A DNA stretch of 64,000 nt. Source: Octopus sinensis (taxonomy: Eukaryota). Both the position numbers and the translations under genes were made by a program. The notes beneath the pieces are model-generated. The model made no database searches and had not been told where the DNA came from. It worked only from the letters and a program-made list of their open reading frames with translations. The stretch covers positions 124,000,001 through 124,064,000 of the forward strand of contig NC_042997.1 in the NCBI RefSeq assembly GCF_006345805.1, in the 5' to 3' direction. Positions 56,533 to 64,000 of the stretch are shown here, one piece after another (positions within the stretch are counted from its first letter, which is position 1; each line of letters begins with the position of its first letter).

Positions 56533-56576
<44 letters not shown>

Positions 56577-56611
56577 TGCATATTTGTGTATTTGCGCTTG
56601 TATGTATGTAT

Positions 56612-56750
<139 letters not shown>

Positions 56751-58145
56751 CATACATACAAGCGCGAATACACAAACAAATATGCATTCATATACATATA
56801 GACTCGTAAATAATTTCCTAAATACACATTTATCTATAAGTCATTCATTCAGGTCATATATCAATATTTATCTACGATTTTCAATACATGTGGATTATAT
56901 GAACTGGAGATAATATCTCAAATATAGAAGTCTATCTGTTATATAGTGACATTATATTACCCATAATTTATATTTTAAGTCTAGGAGGACAAGTATATTT
57001 CACTAACTATTACTCTAGCTTAAGTATGCGGCAACGAGATTTGGCATCAGCAAACACCTTCGTCTCTGGAAGAGCTAATATTTCTAATGGAACACTGATA
57101 TAACATGGAAACATGTTTATCAGGAGAATTGCGACATCGGTTGGTCTCTCGCTAAACAGAGATGGCGAATTGGGAAAGAAGCCAACACTATCAACTTAAT
57201 TGTTTTTTTCCTTGATAACAATCAATCGAGTAGTTTTGGAGAGTGGACATTTTCTTTGTAATATAGAATTGACTCGAGCAGATGATGAATGAGTAGAACT
57301 ATCTAGGAAGTAAATCTCCTGTTGCAATAATCTAGCACCGAATTTAACGGAGAAAACAGACACGTAAAAATATATATCAACAAACATTGGTGGAATAAAA
57401 ACAATTTGGCCGATTTTATATAAAATGGCATTGCAGAAGAAAATAAATTAAAGAGGATACCTCCACGCTGATCGCTTACAATGTTGCATTAACAAATTGC
57501 ACAAAGATTCAATATGAGATTTCATGACTTTCTCAGACTAACACTGACATTTTTCCTTGAAAAACAATGGCGCTGCACTGCGTGGGGAAAACTACTACAT
57601 GACGTTGTCGTAAATTTAATCTATAACCAGTGTGCCACGTTTTTCCCTTTTGATAATTTAATTATTATAGTGAAGCAAGCATAAGGTTGTTTTACATTAT
57701 TGTAGTAATTCTCCCCTTTAATGTTAAACTATATGGCCTCCTTTAACGCTAATTTCCAAGTACATTGATGCCTGATAGAGAAAAATGTCAATTTCTCACA
57801 CAAGAAAATACATTTAAAACTTTTTTGTTTATATTTCATTTTTTAATAAAATGTTCTCATAATATATAATATATGGATTCTCACGTTAATCGCTTTGAAT
57901 TTAATTATATATCCCTTCACTTTTTTTAATGTTTGTTCATGTATATCAGTTTATTTTTGCAACAAGTACTGGGAAACGTGTTCAAAGATAAAATATACAC
58001 TTTTTCTTTATTTATTTTCTTTCTGTGTTCCTATATCTGGTGAAAGACAACATAGCTCAGTTTATTACAATTTCTTTTACATCTAAATTAAAATCTGGTA
58101 ATACATATACACCCAGACACTCTCGTACCCATATATTATATATAT

Positions 58146-58196
<51 letters not shown>

Positions 58197-58248
58197 ATAT
58201 ATAATATATAATATATATATATATATATATAATATATATATATATATA

Positions 58249-58411
58249 GGCGCAGGAGTGGCTGTGTGGTAAGTAGCTTGCTAACCAACCACATGGTTTC
58301 GGGTTCAGTCCCACTGCGTGGCATCTTGGGCAAGTGTCTTCTGCTATAGCCCCGGGCCGACCAATGCCTTGTGAGTGGACTTGGTAGACGGAAACTGAAA
58401 GAAGCCTGTCG

Positions 58412-58444
<33 letters not shown>

Positions 58445-58676
58445 GAGTGTGTGTGTGTTGGTGTATCTGTGTTTGTCCCCCTAGCATTGCTTGACAACCG
58501 ATGCTGGTGTGTTTACGCCCCCGTCACCTAGCGGTTCGGCAAAAGAGACCGATAGAATAAGTACTGGGCTTACAAAGAATAAGTCCGGGGTCGATTTGCT
58601 CGACAAAAGGCGGTGCTCCAGTATGGCCGCAGCCAGATGACTGTAACAAGTAAAAGAGTAAAAGAGTAAAAGAGTA
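58249..58676 (+). mobile_element. SINE family 1, best-preserved copy
   Basis: GGCGCAGGAGTGGCTGTGTGGTAAG (A-box), GGTTCAGTCCC (B-box), CTTGGGCAAGTGTCTT (CORE-like), (GTAAAAGA)n tail. Confidence 0.94.
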
Positions 58677-58738
58677 TATGGGTATGAGAGTTCCCGGGTG
58701 TATATGTATTACCAGATTATATATACGCACATATGTAT

Positions 58739-58781
<43 letters not shown>

Positions 58782-58800
58782 GAGAGAGAGAGAGAGAGAT

Positions 58801-58835
<35 letters not shown>

Positions 58836-58864
58836 CGAGAAAGAAGCAACAAGAATGGATAGGT

Positions 58865-58955
58865 TTTTAGTACGATCGTTTCATACAAGGACAGGTTTTA
58901 TTAAAAGTTGCAAAGATTACAGCATATAAACGAGTCCCGTACTCATCAGCTAAAA
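58865..58955 (-). ncRNA. Type I hammerhead ribozyme (minus-strand mirror copy)
   Basis: Reverse complement of 59717-59807. Confidence 0.8.
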
Positions 58956-59716
58956 TACATGTAAGTTCTCTAGACATCCTAGTGTTTGAGGCTATACTCA
59001 TGAAGTAATGTAGATAATTAAACAGATTTCTAAAGTTCATTAAAGTTCTTTAAAGATGATGTACAGTCTTATCACAGAATTTTAAAAAGTTTTGATAGCA
59101 TCACAGAGAAGGTGACCTAATCCATATGAATTTCCATAGATATTATGAGGGATTATATACTCACAGAAGACAAATTTATCCATTGTTAATTACAACGAGG
59201 TGGGTCTCAATTCCTGCTTATTAGCATTACAGAGAGGGTGAATTAATCCTTTGTATAGATGCACAGATTCCAATGGTGTAGATGTAAATTTCCAGAGAAA
59301 TGTAGATGAATTTCATATTCACAGGCGATAAATCGCGATTTATCGCCTGTGAATATGAAATTCATCTACATTTCTCTGGAAATTTACATCTACACCATTG
59401 GAATCTGTGCATCTATACAAAGGATTAATTCACCCTCTCTGTAATGCTAATAAGCAGGAATTGAGACCCACCTCGTTGTAATTAACAATGGATAAATTTG
59501 TCTTCTGTGAGTATATAATCCCTCATAATATCTATGGAAATTCATATGGATTAGGTCAGCTTCTCTGTGATGCTATCAAAACTTTTTTTAAATTCTGTGA
59601 TAAGACTGTACATCATCTTTAAAGAACTTTAATGAACTTTAGAAATCTGTTTAATTATCTACATTACTTCATGAGTATAGCCTCAAACACTAGGATGTCT
59701 AGAGAACTTACATGTA

Positions 59717-59807
59717 TTTTAGCTGATGAGTACGGGACTCGTTTATATGCTGTAATCTTTGCAACTTTTAATAAAACCTGTCCTTGTATGAAACGATCGT
59801 ACTAAAA
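59717..59807 (+). ncRNA. Type I hammerhead ribozyme, canonical core
   Basis: TTTTAG-CTGATGA-GTACGGGAC..(long loop)..GTCCTTGTAT-GAAA-CGATCG-TA-CTAAAA; predicted cleavage after GUA at 59801. Confidence 0.82.
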
Positions 59808-59955
59808 ACCTATACATTCTTGTTGCTTCTTTCTCGCTTATAATCACCCCACATTACTGTATTGTTAAATCAGTATAGTTTTTTTTTGGTGCATCTAAGT
59901 TAGGTACCATATTCAAGTAAATTCTTTTAAATTAACTTGAATCTTTATTGCTCTT

Positions 59956-60000
<45 letters not shown>

Positions 60001-60075
60001 ATGTGTGTGTATATACATATTAATATTTATAGATACAAACACACATATATTTATTTATATGTGTATGCATATACG

Positions 60076-60144
<69 letters not shown>

Positions 60145-60673
60145 TATATAGTGGAACTAGCACGCTATCTAAAATGTGGCGTATTTGGAATGGACCTGGC
60201 GCTATATAAATTTATGCTTTTGAAAGGGAAGTAAATGCTGAATTACTTTAAAATTGAGGGATAAGTTATGAAGAAATTTTAAGATTTCCTGACTTACAGG
60301 AGTAGCAGTTGAGACAAAACTTTTAGAAATGTCTTTATTTAGACCCAGATCATCTTTACAGCCAATTTTGAAACCGATAGCAAACGTAGAATGCCTGTTC
60401 TATGAATTAAACGTCTCTCAGCTGTTGATTACCGATTTATAAAACTAAGTGAAATTTGCCTTACTTAGTCGATTGAAAAATCACTGCCCCCTCCGGCACT
60501 ACCATCTTATGCGTGTGAGCTTATCTCTCTCTTCCAAGTACATAAACACGCACACACAAACATATATATATAAATATATAAATATATATATATATATTAT
60601 ATATATATATATATCTATCTATATATATATATATATATATATATATAGATATATAGATATATGTATTTATGTA

Positions 60674-60807
<134 letters not shown>

Positions 60808-61279
60808 CATACATGCATACATACATATATATATATATATTCTTGGTCGCACAAACCAGTGTATATTTTATTTGTATATCCATTTGCTGCCGTCAGTGTC
60901 CGTCCGGGAGAGCTCACTATAAGTTGCCATGTGTTAACGACTACTGAAAGTATCAGACCAGGGGAGAAAACTCACCTCGAATGACCGACAATTCGTAGAT
61001 ATCGATATGTCGCTATTCTTCTAGTTTGCCAATGCCATGAGCTCGAATCACTTCAAAACCTAGTGAATCACTGGTCTGGGATTTATATGCAGATAATTCG
61101 AAACGGCAATTCGAAACGAGATGTTTTGCCTTATCTTGGACATTCAGTGTCGTTTATGGAGCTCTCTGCTGGCATTTTCATGCAATAAATGCGTATACAC
61201 AAAACCCGTACGCTATGTATGTGGGAACGATAATGTTTACCTTATTAGAGCTTCTTTTAGCTTCTAATATGTGTGTGTA

Positions 61280-61321
<42 letters not shown>

Positions 61322-61324
<3 letters not shown>

Positions 61325-61507
61325 AGAGTTTACGAAAAAAACAAAAGACGAAGACGGGTGATGTGCGAAACAAACAGGTGTATTAGTATAACGCTCAGGA
61401 ATAGAAAGTCTTTTACGTTTCGAGCCTACCCTCTTCTACAGAAAGGGACACAGAAAAAACAAGGAGAGAAAAAATGTGTAGTGGTTGACGATCTATCATG
61501 GCTGGCG
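61322..61507 (-). mobile_element. HHR-bearing short element family A in (TA)n
   Basis: Minus strand 61445-61410: CTTT-CTGTAGA-a-GAGg-gtag-gCTC-GAAA-CG-TA-AAAG. Confidence 0.8.
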
Positions 61508-63029
61508 AAATATATATATATATATGAGTGTGTGTATGTTTATGCGTATACATATATTTGCATGTGTGCATATATCTATGTATACATTATATATGTGTGT
61601 GTGAGCGTATGATTATTTGTATACGTGTATGCGTGTAACGTTGTATGTGTGTATAATGTGTCTGGGAGTTAAGCACGCCGTTAGTGTGAATTCAAACCAC
61701 TATCTTCTGCTTTCGGCCCTACTCAGAGTCAGGTATAAAGTGTGAAATATCCTAAACGCGATTTTGCCTTCTTGGAATACTGAGCGAATATCTTCACAAT
61801 ATTTGCTGCATTTATCAAGTGTTGTACTCAACAGTTGTACTCAAGAAAGATCTGTGCTTCCCTGAGAAAATATCACTCGAAATTTTCAAAAGGTTTGCTC
61901 ACCTTCAAAGAAAAATTAATGTTTATTCGCCTCCTTGATTATGCATATTCACGAATTTAAAGAGATGCTTTTACAGAAATGCTTAAATATTTATACAAGC
62001 AGTAAAAGAAACGAAACTTTGCGCATAATGAGTCTGTCTTTGTTATTTTTAGGAGATTAAAAGAAATCATAATTATGAAAATAATCCATATTTAACGGCT
62101 TCCAACCAATTGATTACAGCCTTGCCTGCAACTGCCACACAGCTTTTGTCTAGCTTTTAAATTTTCATTGTGTTCTCTGGTGTGGTTTAGCTTGAAAGAT
62201 ACAAGTCAGACATGTGGCCGCTCCTCGTCTCAATTTATTTTTCTCAATTTTAACATCTAGCGTGTTCAATCCAATTGTTTTGTTTTCGGATAAGTTTCGG
62301 CAGTAGCTGAAACAATTCCATAGCTATTCCGTAGTATTAAGTGTGTTCCCCCCTATGATTGTGTATTATATACAAGTGGGGAAGTGGTTCGCGAACGCTT
62401 TGTCTAATTATATTGTTTCATGCGTTTCGGTAATTGTAAAAATATAAAGTTGCAGATTAAACTTTCCTTATGTTAATGTCTTTAGATTTATGCTTTACAG
62501 AGAGAACATTAGAAGTGTGCAGCCGAAGAATGCTGAGGTTTAATTCTATCCGTTCGTGTGTAATACGTCCATTGATGTTATTTCGTTATTATCTGGAAGT
62601 TTTGACCCACGTAATAAATTTTCAAGATTAAATGTTCTCATGTTTCCCATTAGTACCTGCAGATGAAAGGTTTTTGCAGGTGTTTATGTTTTTGTAACAA
62701 CAGCTCTATTGTAGTTTTATTGCCACCTACAGCATTCAGTGGATTTGGTTGGAATAATTTCTCCAGCTTTGTTTTTATTATTGTTCTTTTTTTACCTATT
62801 TGGTTCATTGGGATATACTGCTATGTTCTAAGTCCGTTATAAGACGAGAATGTAAGTAAAATTTTCAGTCAATGAACCATGTGCTAGTATTTGAGGAGTT
62901 TGTGACGAGAACATTTTTCACTGAAGAACAAGAACAACGGACCGAATCGCGAGCTTCTTAGCATTTTATATATTCATACATACGTACGTATATACATACA
63001 TACATACATACATACATATATGTGTATAT

Positions 63030-63101
<72 letters not shown>

Positions 63102-63410
63102 TATTTATATATATAAATATATATTCACACACACGCGCACACGCGCACACGCACATATAGATGTGTATGAGTTATTTCATGCACAGCTTTCATTACGAAA
63201 CCCTCCCTTTATAATCTTTGTCGACGAAAGTTCGCAGTCATTTCGTTCGGTATATCTCCTAAGTATCGTTCTATTCATTGGTGCGAAACAGTGTTAGTGA
63301 CACAGATGATGACAGTTTACTTGATACAGCCTCTAACACAAGTCTTCCATTCTCATAGCAGAGTGCAGCTCTACTCCGCCGGTCATGCACCTATATTTTG
63401 TTGTGTTTTG

Positions 63411-63643
63411 AAGGTGGCGAGCTGGCAGAAACGTTAGCGCGCCGGGCGAAATGCTTACCGGTATTTCGTCTGCCGTTACATTCTGAGTTCAAATTCCGCC
63501 GAGGTCGACTTTGCCGTTCATCCATTCGGGGTCGATAAATAAAGTACCAGTTACGCACTGGGGTCGATGTAATCGACTTAATCCCTTTGTCTGTCCTTGT
63601 TTGTCCCCCCTATGTGTAGGCCCTTGTGGGCAATAAAGAAATA
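63411..63643 (+). mobile_element. SINE family 2
   Basis: Full-length copy homologous to 25600 and 29116. Confidence 0.93.
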
Positions 63644-64000
63644 CGTAGTTTGCTGGGTTTTGTTTTTGTCACTCAGGATCTCGTGTTAGCTTTTCACTTT
63701 CATATATCTCATACTAATAACCATCATATCCATGAGGAAGATTTTGATGTACCTTCCTCTATCTAATGGTTAATATGTAAAGAAAAATGCAATAAAACAA
63801 ACACAAGCGCTAGTATGAGCACTTTAAAATATTCCTTCTATGTCAGATGATCCGAAAAATAAATTGTTTCTTGCCGATAGCCATAACGATGAAACCAATG
63901 AGAGTCGTTGGGTGTTACTAATTTATGTGGTTTACTAGGCTACATAAATATTATATTAGTATAAATTAACAGCTTTATATCATCACATATCACATAAATA

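Larger units (their letters stand above)
58836..59836. repeat. 1-kb spacer-less palindrome (500/501-bp arms)
   Basis: Centre AATCG|CGATT at 59335/59336; I see about 3 substitutions and one 1-nt indel between the arms. Confidence 0.97.

Overview
AT-rich, microsatellite-dense, repeat-dominated animal genomic DNA. The SINE families and microsatellite style suggest an Octopus (coleoid cephalopod) intergenic or intronic region; this is inference. No intact host protein-coding gene is recognisable, and most track ORFs are microsatellite read-throughs or transposon remnants. The window contains three mariner (DD34D-type) elements and a maT-like DD37D fragment. It also holds a near full-length R4/Dong-clade LINE plus a cluster of R4 3' ends stacked in (TAA)n repeats, CR1-like and RTE LINE fragments, several Penelope-like element (PLE) fragments, and four tRNA-derived SINE families. 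The most striking signal is a dispersed set of type I hammerhead ribozyme (HHR) motifs with palindromic stem III, often in short non-coding elements sitting in (TA)n tracts. The strongest example is a 1-kb, spacer-less, ~99% perfect palindrome (58836-59836) with a canonical-core HHR on each strand. Boundaries of decayed elements are approximate (read by eye).
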